The notes under the pieces were generated by a model. That model saw only the letters and a list, made by a program, of their open reading frames with translations. It did no database searches and was not told where the DNA came from. A DNA stretch of 64,000 nucleotides, taken from Tubiluchus corallicola. Lineage: Eukaryota > Animalia > Priapulida. The position numbers were made by a program, and so were the translations under genes. The first letter of the stretch is position 1; each line of letters begins with the position of its first letter. The DNA lies in NCBI GenBank assembly GCA_030141605.1, contig JAQGDQ010000655.1:54110-118109 (forward strand). Reading direction: 5' to 3'. Positions 50,095 to 62,840 of the stretch are shown in pieces.

Positions 50095-50876
50095 CACACA
50101 TTTTACAAGGCTTCACACTGACATACAAACGTTCTATATGTTTTTGAAGGCTACAGATTGAAATACAAACGTTCTACACCATGTTTCAAGGCTTCACACT
50201 GACATACAAACGTTCTATATGTTTTTGAAGGCTACAGATTGAAATACAAACGTTCTACACCATGTTTCAAGGCTTCACACTGATATACAAACGATCCACA
50301 TGCTTTACAAGGCTTCACGCTGACATGCAAACGTTCCATATGCTTTTCCAAGGCTACAGATTGAAATACAAACGTTTTACACCATGTTTCAAGCTTCGCA
50401 CTGGCATACAAACAATCCAAGTGCCTTTCAAGGCTTCACACTAATATACAAACGTTCTACAAGCTTTTCAAGGCTACAGATTGAAATACAAACGTTCCAC
50501 TCGTTTTTCAAGGCTTCGCACTGACATGCAAACGATCCACGCGCCTTTCAAGGCTTCACACTGATATACAAACGTTCTGCACGCTTTTCCAGATTTCACA
50601 CTGATGTACAAATGATCCACATGCTTTACAAGGCTCCACACTGAAATACAAACGTTCTGCACGCTTTCCCGGACTTCACACTGACGTACAAATGATCCAC
50701 ATGTTTTACAAGGCTTCAAACTGACATACAAACGTTCTGCACGCTTTCCCAGACTTCACACTGACGTACAAATGATCCACATGCTTTACAAGGCTTCACA
50801 CTGACATACAAACGTAAAACATGTTTTTCAGGGCTTCACATTGAAATACAAACGTTTCACACAATTTCTCAAGGCC
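50095..50876. repeat. ~40-bp minisatellite, ~19 copies
   Basis: Unit approximately TTCAAGGCTTCACACTGACATACAAACGTTCTACACATGT with variant subtypes. Confidence 0.92.
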
Positions 50877-53687
50877 TTGTATTTTTTTCGTACATTTATC
50901 GAACCTTTTCCGTACAATTTTTACTCATCTTCTTATAACGTTTCCATTGCCAGGTTAAGGACTTACTGTTCTTCTCTCATTAACACAGATCACACGCAAA
51001 TAATAATAATAATATATTATACAATATACATTATAATTGGTATGTGCATTGTGTGATTTGTAATTGTGATTACCCAATAAGATATAGAATGTAAATATAT
51101 AAACTTCGTTTATTTTGAGCTGATTTAGATTCCTGTTATAATTGCCATTAATCTTTAATAAATTTGTAACGAATAATGGGGGCTTCTGGAACAGACATGA
51201 ATTTTAGGGGTTTGAAACGCTCACTAAAGTTATACACAAGGTTAAAGTACAAGTTATCTATACGTCACATACATCATTGAAGAATATTATTAATGCGCAC
51301 AAAATTTACTGTAGAAAATAGGTATACACAAATTTTATTACATACAATCAATCAGAAGACTGATGAATGGATCAGTCCCACATGAAGTGTTGCGCCCTGT
51401 ACAACTGATTTTTATTGATAGCTAAATTTAACTAATTATTACTAGATATGTTTTTCTTATTTTAACAAGCGTAAGCGCCTCCCTTGCAAAATAGTTTATC
51501 CCAGAACAACGAATAAACCGAAAAAGCTTAAACAAAGTACATAGCACCCATTTAAAAGAGCCCACAATTGGCTACACATGCAATCATGCAGTTTAGTTAG
51601 GAAGGGAGGCTTGCACGTAATTGCTCAGACAAATTTACTTTATTCCTTATTTTCTGGTTTCATGTGCTGTAATCGATTATTTACTGGACTGCTCGGAGAC
51701 AAAACTAATAGACAATTGTGTTCTGAGCAGGTGGTACATCAGATTGTTGTGCATTGTTTGCATTATAATGTTCATACTGTATGAACGACGTTTGTGGAAT
51801 TCCACAGCACATGTTTTTACCGCACAAAATAGCCAAGAAAACTGCGGTTACAATTTGCATAAGTGCAATTAGAAGTTGCAACGACTGCAGTGTCGCTGTA
51901 CAATTCAAGATAATTTTCTACAATTCTAAGACAACTGTTACTTTAATCAGTAAATGCAATCTTCCACAGTTAAGTACGAATTACTTGACAACAGTATATA
52001 ATGTATCAGGCTACTTAACTCGGGGACTGGCCAATCTTACAAGTTCCTTCAATTGGCCAAGTCCTGTTCCTATCATGAGCCGTCCTAAGCGTCAGTGGTT
52101 GGTGTTCCAACGACGCAGATGTTCACTCTACGCTGAGCAATAGAAACGGTCTCCTACCTTCAGAGTTTCCTGTCTGAGAGTCCACCCCGTCACCTTCTTG
52201 ACATCTACCAGAATCCCGAAAAACAAATATCATAAAAGATGTTGTTATGATGAGTACAGCAGCGTAAAATGCAGAGAAGGTGCTCATTACCAAGTTTGTA
52301 GCCATTAAACACTTGCTTGATGGAAGGAGAGATGATAGCCAACCAAAGCTTCCGGCAACAACAATGAAAATGCTACTTGTACAGAATGTGCTGCCGTGCT
52401 GGACACCTATTATAGTATTACATATTGTTAACACCGCAATTTCTATAACTCTGCATTATTTCTGCACTTTACCTGAGCAGAGGCGTATTGACCAATAGGC
52501 TAACTATTTTATAGCCTGGTGCCAAAGTTTGAGGGCTTCACATTTTAGAAAAAATTCTTCTTGGAAAATGTGTATTCTTTCATATTCATGTAAAGGGCAC
52601 ATTTTATAACATATCACAGGCAATTACTAAGCGCAGTTTTATATAAGTGCCACATAACGAACAGGTGCAAGGTATTACACAACAAGCAGTTGTGCAGCCT
52701 ACTTGGATATATGTGCTATGCAAATACATGTAGTTAGTAATGACCACGTAGAAACTAGGTTAATACTGTTTCTAATACACTACAAATAATTGTTTCACCT
52801 GCTCATTACATAAACAATAATAAAGATAGGCTGGATAAAACTATCAAACTAGGGCGTGGTAAAGTTTTGCTACGCCCCTGACCAGGAGTGACCACATATA
52901 CGTGATAGGACAACATTTTACTTTGTAACTAAACATGTTTCAGTACAGATGTTGATACTATTGACAGCACTACATTGATAAGAAGAAAAACTAAACAGGT
53001 GATAAGATAAAAAATGAATTTTTGAAAAAACGTTTTCGAAGAAAATAGACTTTGTCACGGTACATTCATACCAGCGAATTTTCTGACGCGAGTTTTCTCC
53101 GTGGCAGCAAACTCGCAAGTGTGAACTGCTTTGCGAATTACTGTCGACAAGTTATTCCAAACTCTCCGACAGTTGCTGCGAGTTGAGTTACTGTCTAGTG
53201 TGAACGCCTCGGTGAGTTACTCTCGACACTTCTCGTAGAGAAGTGAATGTCAGCTCGTGGTCACTGTCGTAGAGTAACTCACAGCAAGTTTTGTTCTCTG
53301 GTCTGTCTACGCTTGCGAGTTACTTGACGAGTTAACTTAGCGAGAAAACTCGTTAGTTTGAACGCACCACCAGGGACGCGTTTTATTCAGTTGCATAGCA
53401 ATGAGAAACTTATATTTACAGAAAAACATGTACTGAGTTAATCGTTATATAAATTATAGTGTAAAATATGTATATATTTTAAATTTATTCTTAATGGGTT
53501 TTGTGAAAGTTAAAATTGTGTTTTTGATGTATATATGTAAAAGTTAGAAAACTGAAACACTACTAGTAGAGTATGTATGCACAAAATTGACATTATGTAT
53601 AATATTGTTAACGTAGATAGCTAGATTTTGTAAACGAACCCCCGCAAATAGAGGGGAAAAAATGTATTTATTGTTTAATAAAAAGAC

Positions 53688-53806
<119 letters not shown>

Positions 53807-55423
53807 AAACTTGTTGCAACAGTCACAGCAAACTCTCTGTATCAACAAAAATCGCCACTAGATGGCGCTAATAAAAATTCACACACCATCGGCGAATTAC
53901 TTTCATCTCTTCTCGTAGCGCTCACGCTGGTTCAATAGCTAGAATCTCGTACATTTGTACCGTCATATTGCAAACAAACACAGAAACAGCCGCACATAAT
54001 TCCGGTATGTTTTACTTTAGGGTAATTTTTCGATTTGAACCTTTATTCCCCTGAGGTCCTGAAGCACGTGCTTATTTTGCTTAATGGTTAATCCAGGGCT
54101 GGTCTCCTCTTTCCAAAGAACTGTAAATTTTCTCCCCAGACCCCCCGCCCCAAGTGCCGCTAGGAGGCTTTTTTGCACGATGTTCATATAGGGACGATGG
54201 CTAAAATGGGCGTTTTTTTGTTCACTGCTGAAAGATCACGTACAAAAAACATCCTAACCGCGCTAGACGGTGCCCTTGGAGCGAAATTTGTAGCTCTTTG
54301 GAAAGAGAAGAAAACGGGCTACACGATTATGTGGCCCTCGTTTACAAAAACTCTTACCTCAAAGAATGCCGACGAGTTTGAAGGAACGTTTTTTTGGACG
54401 ACACTGTATCTTTGTCGGTTAAAAAATAGGTCAGGCGGCGGGAAGGAAATTGAACGACCATACACACCTGCTAGGAAAAAAATAAAGTGATTCAGCACCT
54501 GGCTATACCAATTAATAAGCAATTAATTATTTTTTATGACACGTCCGTCTTAAAAACATAAAAAAGGTGTGGTTGTTTTTGTATTCTAAGAACTCAATTT
54601 TTCTAAAGGAAAAGCCGAGTCGTTTAGCATGTCGGATTCATTTTACTGTCATCATTTAAACTTGGAAAAGTATAACAAAGAAATTTGCAGAAAAACTTTC
54701 TATAACGCATAAAGTTAATTTATATTGTCGTTGCATAGGAACTTTCAGGCGTGGTGGTAGCTGCCATTCTCTTGAAAATTATGACGTAACTGGTTGACTG
54801 ACTTCGTGACTTTTCGTAAGCGCATCGTGTCTTTCCGTAAGCACGCGCTGCTTACACTAATTCAAACTTCTGCAGCTTATCCAATGTTCACGAAAAAAAT
54901 GTCGCAATATCAGCTATCTAACTTGTTGGAAAAACTTAAAATGTTTTTGACGGAAATTGAAAGTGTCCTGCATTTCTTCAGTCGATGAACGAGGTCATTA
55001 GTAGAAAAATGGAAGCACGCCAGCGTGAAATGATCGCAACTTTAAAGTGATTTTTACTAATAACACGAGACGCTTATCGCACTTGTATTACTAAATCCTT
55101 CTAACATTTTTCGCGAACATTGAAATAATCCTTACTACCGAGAAGGCCCGGATTTCCCTTTAATAAAGTTGAATTTACGTTTTTGCTGACCAGTTAAAAA
55201 ATTATAATACAATGACTAATTATTCACTTTCGCTATACGACTACATTGAAATTTGAAATGCTGCGAATTTTGAAGAGAGTTTATAGTAAACAAACATGTC
55301 TAATCGAAAGAATACTCTATTCAAATCAACAGCAAGCATAAAATCTTCACCGAGTTAATTTCAAACACACTTTAATGATTAGCTCAATTCAATTTCAAAT
55401 TTTTATTTCGGTAACTAAGACCA

Positions 55424-55477
55424 TATAAAATACTAAGGTATTAAGATGAAATAAAATACAACGAAATAACAATTGCA

Positions 55478-55543
<66 letters not shown>

Positions 55544-55602
55544 TTTGTAATGTTTATTTCGTCGCATTTTATTTCATTTTAATATCTTAGTATTTTTTAT
55601 AT
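55424..55602. repeat. (TA)n microsatellite flanked by ~57-bp inverted arms
   Basis: Left arm ATATAAAATACTAAGGTATTAAGATGAAATAAAATACAACGAAATAAC is the approximate reverse complement of the right arm. Confidence 0.9.
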
Positions 55603-55839
55603 ATACAGGGTTAGTAAATTAAAAGCTAAATAAATTTTAGAGGCTAATTATATAATAATTCGAAATTAGTTGAAAAAAGTTTCATTCGCTTCAATAGGCG
55701 GCGCCACCTCTTTCGCAGAATGCACTAATATTGTTTACTAAAGAGGTGTCATTATCTGTTAAAATCTAAGAGGACACTTTCGCTAAGAGAACATAGTGAA
55801 CATTTAAATGCAAATAAGACCTGCTGATCCAGTCACAGA

Positions 55840-55940
55840 ACGCGCTGCTGACGATTGTCATGAGTGACGTCATTATACGAGAAACGCGCCGTGTTACGTG
55901 AGGTCATGCGTGTTGTTATGTAAATGACGTCATCACGCTG
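55840..55940 (+). promoter_or_regulatory. Putative promoter of lactamase copy C with clustered CRE sites
   Basis: TGACGTCA at 55865-55872 and 55925-55932, with TTACGTGA and TGAGGTCA variants between them. Confidence 0.5.
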
Positions 55941-56050
55941 TTGCTTGTTAGTGAATGGATAACAGCTGGTATGGAAGGAATTTAAACTTTCAAAAACCTG
56001 ATTAAGGCTGGCAGCTCGGGTTCAACATGGGGTGATACTGATGCAACAAC

Positions 56051-56319
56051 ATGCCGGACGATTCAAACGCTGCTCCCGAGCGTGCCGCTTCCGCATCTGC
56101 CGCTAACGGCGGCTGCTGGTGTACCTGTCACGCGGTGGAAGCGACTGCTGCCAAAGCCGCTTCCGAACGTAGATCAACGTGCGTGCCATGGTGGAAATTA
56201 GCACTTGCGGTTTTAGCGTTCGCGTACGTGTATATGGTGTATGTGAACAGCGTCGCGTTGCCGGTGCTTGTCGACGGTAACGTAGAAACGGGTTTTGAAC
56301 TTGTTCGAGATGAATTCAG
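56051..56319 (+). CDS. Lactamase copy C exon 1; remainder presumably beyond the window end
   Basis: ACAACATG start, hydrophobic segment WWKLALAVLAFAYVYMVYV, then VDGNVETGFELVRDEFR with the same phase-2 donor as copies A and B. Confidence 0.8.
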
Positions 56320-57348
56320 GTAAGCTGTCTCTTGCTAGTTTAAATGTTTTTAAAAAAGATGTGATTTATAAAATGCCAACGATTACTAATCTGTTTTTTA
56401 CCTGTATATTTATTTTAATTCTTTCATTTTATTTCAACCATTATTTTACTCCATGTATTCACAATGTTTGCTATTAACAAAACTTGTAAATCCCAAGTAA
56501 TAAATTTTGTGCTGTAGGGTTGCAATATCGGGCCTGCTCTGTCAGATTGAACTGGTACCTCGGTCTCGGGTTCAATTCCCGACTGGTTCACAATTTTAAG
56601 AGTCTCCATTCTTTCAACACATTACCCACAATGGGTAATAGTTGTGAAATAAACCGCGATGGTTTGTTTTTGACGAGTGTAACCTCAAGCCTTACGGTTA
56701 TATTTCCGTCTTTGTACAAGTCTTTGAAGGTGGTTTTTTATGTATTTTGCCCTGTATTTTATGAGTAAGGTTATGTGAATAAAAAATTAATGAATAATGC
56801 TGTGAAAAATCGTTTTTGTAAGAACAAAAACCAGTACGAAATGTCCTATTTGAATATCTTTCGGATTTTTGTTGTTGTTTTTCCCCATGTAAGCTTTCCC
56901 AGGGAGGTCGGGGGATGGGGCGACGGGGAGGCCCTGTCGCCGATGCATTTTTCTGCATTTGAACACATTTTGGAGACATCTTAGAGCACTTTAAGGCAAT
57001 ATTTGTGTTCTTCATTAACTTATTTAGTTCTTCGACAAGTATTTCCAGTGTTTTTATAGACGTTGAAATTAGAAATAGCTATCTATCAGAGAACGAGTAA
57101 TTGGTGATTGTTAAACAAGTAATGCTTCATTTCTTTATTAAACTTGTGTATAAAGTGTGGCTTGCTTATATTACCAAATACATCTGGTATCAAATTAGTA
57201 AATCCATCAAGAGTAGTATATATGTATTGTTAGTTTAAACACAGTTTTATTGAATGACAGAGATTACAATACGGTTTGAACAGAAAGTTTTCCAACTGAT
57301 ACATGTTCTTGCCAATGGAACGTAACACTTAGTAGAGAGCAATTAATG

Positions 57349-57409
<61 letters not shown>

Positions 57410-57483
57410 TATCGTCATCATCATCGATCATAATTAGCTTCACCACCACCACCAACAACAACTACAACAGCAACACCGCCATT

Positions 57484-57558
<75 letters not shown>
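57349..57558. repeat. Compound (CAT)n microsatellites
   Basis: Direct reading; two (CAT)n tracts separated by CAC/CAA repeats. Confidence 0.98.
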
Positions 57559-57559
57559 T

Positions 57560-57980
57560 AGGAGAGTGCAGATAATAAAAAACAGTAGAAGCATTACAGT
57601 ATGACTATTCGCAGTATAGATACATACATAGCATAAGAATGACATTAATATTACTATGTAATCAATATAGACTAACACAATGGTTAGCAGCACTTAGTAA
57701 GAGATATAAATTTCTCTACAAGCTTAAACACTTGATTATCAACAGTTGTATTTAAGTGTTGATTGTCATGAAGAAGCTGATAAACGAGTTCATTTATTGA
57801 CAGATTATAAATTCTAATGTTATGAGGAATTAACAAAGTACAGAGTTTGCTTGGTAATATATCTCGAGCCTGATTACGTAACGGCCAGCTAATTAGAAAA
57901 TGCCTAATTATTTCTGAAGGGGCACCGCATCTACAGGTAGGTAAAATAGTGATACAACACTGATAGAACGTGGCAGGCAT
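57560..57980 (-). mobile_element. Decayed non-LTR retrotransposon 3' fragment followed by (GAT)n
   Basis: PTCRCGAPSEIIRHFLISWP is a degenerate C-x-C..E...H....C knuckle; simple-repeat tail downstream on the minus strand. Confidence 0.6.
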
Positions 57981-59490
57981 AATTTATTCTTATTCAGCGA
58001 CCAGGAGAGCCTGCAGGGGGCGCTGGGTGGTATGCCCCACCCAGTTAATACGTTAAAAGAGGCACTGTTACGTTGTTTAGATTAGCAAAGATTAATTTAA
58101 CATTGAAATTCTGTTCAAATATTAGGATTATACGCGTATCACGCACAATTATTATTGGCAAGCATTTGGCCCTGATCCAGACTATTGCGTGCGCCATAAT
58201 TTCAAGAAATTTCTTTTGAAAGTGCTAATCGTTTGAAGGTGCTACCTATTACGCTTAATGTGTGGATTAAATTGCAACTTCTGTTTGGGAAATTCCCAGT
58301 TCAAAAATGCCAAAGGTAATGTTGATGATAAGCTTTAGAATGCACGTAAGTATGAAGATTAGGTACTTAAGACCAAAAGATATCCCTTACGTAGGTACAG
58401 GGGGTACTTAAAGCACTTAATGCCACGAGGAGAATAATCCTATAAACGTATAATTACTGCTCTTAGGTTAACCTCTTATGCGTTTGCAGCGCCATCCAGT
58501 GGCCAAATAGGGTATTTGTGCTCGTTTTTTGGTTTCTGTGCGAGCTAGAATCTAGCGCTAAAAGGCCCTGCTTATTTAGATGTTGATGTGGCGGGCCCGA
58601 TACCTAGTTTGGTTAAAAAGGATAGTCTTCTGAGCGGTGTTTCAGTTATAGATAAATATACCTAGAAGTGGCTCTCTCGGAGCTCGTCCATTCATTTACT
58701 ATCCAAGCTTGCTGTTGCTTGAGTTCAGTCACTAACTTATGGTAATTAAGCTTTTCACTGCGCTTTACCTACAAATAGGTGTAAAAGCAATTTCTGAAAA
58801 ACATGTGAAGAGAAAAGTAGTAAAGCAATTAGTAATGGCTCAAATTATTTATATAAAAACAGCCAAACAGAAGAAGACTATTTAATTTTGAGTATAAAAT
58901 TGCCTGGCATCATTTTTTGAATAATTTAGCTGCCCTCTTAACCTTGAAAGATATGTCAATTTACACTTTTTACAAAGATATACTCATTGTTTGCATTCAT
59001 GACAACCATCTTGGATATTTTTGAGCATTAGAGACATCAGTAACGTATTAAATGCCTTCCTTGCCAACAAAAGCATGCGTGCGCAGCCATTTGGTTGGGC
59101 TCATTTGCCTGCTTGGTTACAGAGATTGTGTGTCTTTGTCCGAATGCATGACGTCATACTGAAATTCAAAATGTCCGCCATAGATTAGAAGATTAAATTG
59201 GATTCAATAGATTTATTTCGCAATAAACATATACATATACATTACATGTGCATCGATAATCAGTTTTTGTTAATACAAAAATATGATACAATTCATGAAT
59301 TCTGCGCTAGAGACCTAAGAAGCTAGCTTCTGGTAGGCCACTAGAATTAGTTACGAAAAAAAATACAATATATATACAGATACAATATTACAATATATAC
59401 AAATATAAATACGGGAGGGAAGTAATAAAAATATTATTATACTAGAGGGAAAGTTTTTGAAAATGAAAAACAACAAATCATGATTGAGTG

Positions 59491-59615
<125 letters not shown>

Positions 59616-61042
59616 TAGCAAAGGCCCCGCAAAAAATTTTGCGTATAAATACACGTATAATCAATAATACGCGAACATCCCACACAGTCCTCATTTATAA
59701 CTTCCCAGTCCACCTACACAGTCCACCCTCGGCCCGTTCCCGTTCTTCAGATCTCAGGCGTATAACTTTTGCAAAAAACGGCCGAAAAATGGCCTGAATT
59801 GGCCTTTTACTGAATTAAAGCTATAAGGTTATAGACAGAGTATAATGGGTGACGTCAGAACAATGGCTTTGCGTCAGCAGTTTTCTAAGCGAAAATTGCC
59901 AAAAATAGAACATCTAATTAACTCGTCGATACTCCTCTCAGTGGACGTGTCCTAAAATGCAGCCCACATCATCGTGTAGACCTGTTCTTCCTCTTTCTAA
60001 AGAGCCATATATCTCCTTCCGAGAATCCCACCAGGCGCCGCTAGAACGTTTTCGCCGCATGCTGTTTGGTCAAAATTTCGAAAAAATCGCGAGTTGGGTC
60101 CGGGAAAACGCCCGTTGCGGGATATCGTGGCCCTCTCGTGAATTCTAAATATGCCTCCTACACCCACTGCTAAACGGGCTATCTATCCATAGCCAGCACC
60201 ACCCATGGCCCGTTCCCGTTCTTCTTATCGCAGGCGTATTATCGCAGGCGTATAACTTTTGCAAAAAACGGCCGAAAATGGTCATTTTTGGAGTTTTTTT
60301 GCCCCTCATTCGTCCCGGTGGGCCCGATTCGAAAAATAAACCCCCAATGGCACGACACTAGATCGAGGCCTTTCGTTTGATAGCCATAATTATGTATATC
60401 CATCTTGGCACTACGTCTGAAATTGAAGCATGTATAGCATGTATTGTATGCTTTAACACATTTGTGCCAAACTGCCAAATTCGATGCTTTTATGAAAAAG
60501 TGCAATGAAATGCAATGATTGCAATGCAGTCCAGCCAAGCTGCCCCAGCAGCCCCACTAAAGGGGTTTAAAATGTAAAAAAATTAATTCAAATTTTTCCA
60601 GTTGTCGACTTTGCAGGATGCCAAATAAAATGGCCGCTCGTATCGAGGGCCAGATTATAACCTTTTGAGGCCAATGAAACTATGGGGCACCACTCAGACG
60701 GAGCCACCCTCCATCTCATCCCCGCATCCGTTTTGAATATTTTTATTGGTTATATATTTTAACGGCATTTACATAATATTCTTTGAATCCGAGGTAATTA
60801 GTATTTAATATAAGCTTTGATTTAAAATAAGCTATTGTAATTTTCAATATTTTTCAGCATTATTTGTTCTGAACTCGTGTCTACACAATCATCCGGTTTT
60901 GTGTAGACTATTTTATTATTTATTGGAAAACATATTAGCACATCATTTCAACACAACAGATCTGTTGAAAAATCAGATTTCTTTTTTACTAAAAACTACC
61001 AAGCTTGATACCCCCAAGCTTGAGGGACCCTAGACTGTAGCC

Positions 61043-61521
61043 CAGGGGTGTGCAAATTATCTGACTAGCCGGGCCATATTAAACTTTCCCGTAATTCCTG
61101 CGGGCCACAGGCAGTTTGATGAAGAAGCCAAGTACAGTAGGACCTAATAACGATTTTTTTTGCATGCGACCTGCGTACATCATTACTACTACACTCAAGT
61201 AACTATTTCAGAAGTTATTAAAATTTATATTACAAACCATATATTTCTACTTTCAGTACAGATAGTGGTAATTCCATTACAATGCATATTAGTAATGTGT
61301 ATCACACAGTCTGTGTAGTACATTGTTATTAAGCTACAACCGTCTTGTAAGGGTTAATGGCATCCGATCTAGTAGAAAAAACTACCCGCACTATCTTTGG
61401 GATCGTGGCACGGACTTCAGCTGGATACACTCAATTAATCGCCCGGGCAGCACTTTCATTAGGTTGACAAATTCGCGGGCTGCACAAATTCTCTCGGCGG
61501 GCCGCAATTTGCACACCCCTG
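61043..61521 (-). mobile_element. hAT-like MITE family A, copy 3
   Basis: Reverse complement of copy 1; TSD CTGTAGCC/CTGCAGCC. Confidence 0.9.
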
Positions 61522-62029
61522 CTGCAGCCTATGCCTAGCCTATAGGATAATTCAATCCTGCTCGTAACCTTTACATTTCGCAGCCTTACCTGTGCGAAAA
61601 ACTGCCATATGTCTAGTTAAGAGATTAGAACGTCGCCAAATAACAAATAACGTTGTTAAAATATTTTCATTCAGAGATTGGTGTCTATCTAAACGTATTC
61701 GAATGATACTATAAGCGTATGGAACTGTGGTTAATGCGACCTTTAAGTGGGGAGGACACTGAATATTTTGCTGACTAGTAAATGTTTCTGCCGCCAGCTT
61801 TGTCATTATATAAATAAACTCGTACATTGTTGGCGGCAAAACTGATAACTTATCCGACTTGCGCGGTGTACAGGTTAAAGGTCGGTAAAAGTTCATCAAA
61901 TTTTCCGAGTTGTTTTAACTTCTTAAAGTTCATCTCCGTTACAGTTTTTTTTATTTTTCTGATTTGTTTTTGTGCTTTTTCTATTTTTCTTGATTTATCG
62001 CTACTCACCTCGGATCTAATCTGTGTTCT

Positions 62030-62840
62030 GCCTTCTTTTCACGTCAGCCTCGTTTCCCCATCTCCTTTCTTTTCGTTTGTTTTCGTTTCGTTTCGTTTTG
62101 TTTCTTTTTCTTTTCTTTTCTTTTCCTTTCTTTTCTTTTCTTTCCTTTCCTTTTCTTTTCTTTTCTTCTCTTTTCTTTTCTTTCCTTTGCTTTTCTTTTC
62201 CTTCCTTGCCCTTTTTTCCTTTCTAACTTCTTTTTTATTTCTCTTCTCTTTTTTTCCTCATTTCTTTTCTCCTATCTTCCCTTTTCCCCCTTCCTTACTT
62301 TCTCCCAACCTTCCTTTTTTCTTTAATCTGGTTATTTACATTTTCTTTTTTCCTTTTACTTCCTTTTCTTTTATTATCATTTCATTTCATTTCTTTTCAT
62401 TTCTTTTTCTTGTCTTTTCTTTTCCTTTCCTTTCCTTTCCTTTTTCCATATTCAACTTCTTTTTTATTTCTCTTCTTTTACTCCCTCATTTTTTCGCCTC
62501 CCCTCTTCCTTTTTTCCTCCCGTCTGTTTGTTCCGTCCTTGATTTTTTCCTAAATTTGTTTAATTACCTTTCCTTTTTCTTTTCTTTTCCTTTTTTTCCT
62601 TTTTTTCTTTTCTTTTTTCTCTTCTTTTCTATTGTATTCCCTTTCCTTCCGTTCTCTTTTCTTCTCTTTGTTTTGTTTTACTTTTCTTTATTTTACTTGA
62701 CCTTTCTTTTCCTTTCCTTTCTATTACATTTTGTTTTGTACTCTCTTTTGTTCTTTATTTCCCTTTTTGCCCTCTCCTCTCCTCTTCTCTCCTTTTCACC
62801 GTCCTTTTCTCTTCTATCCTCTTTTTTCTTCCCTTTTGAT
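62030..62840 (+). repeat. ~800-bp polypyrimidine low-complexity tract
   Basis: Nearly all C/T on the plus strand, with (TTTTC)n runs. Confidence 0.95.

Noticed and set aside
51578-52498. Several 65-120 aa ORFs, faintly LINE-like on the minus strand
   Set aside because: No motif could be confirmed; too degenerate to call
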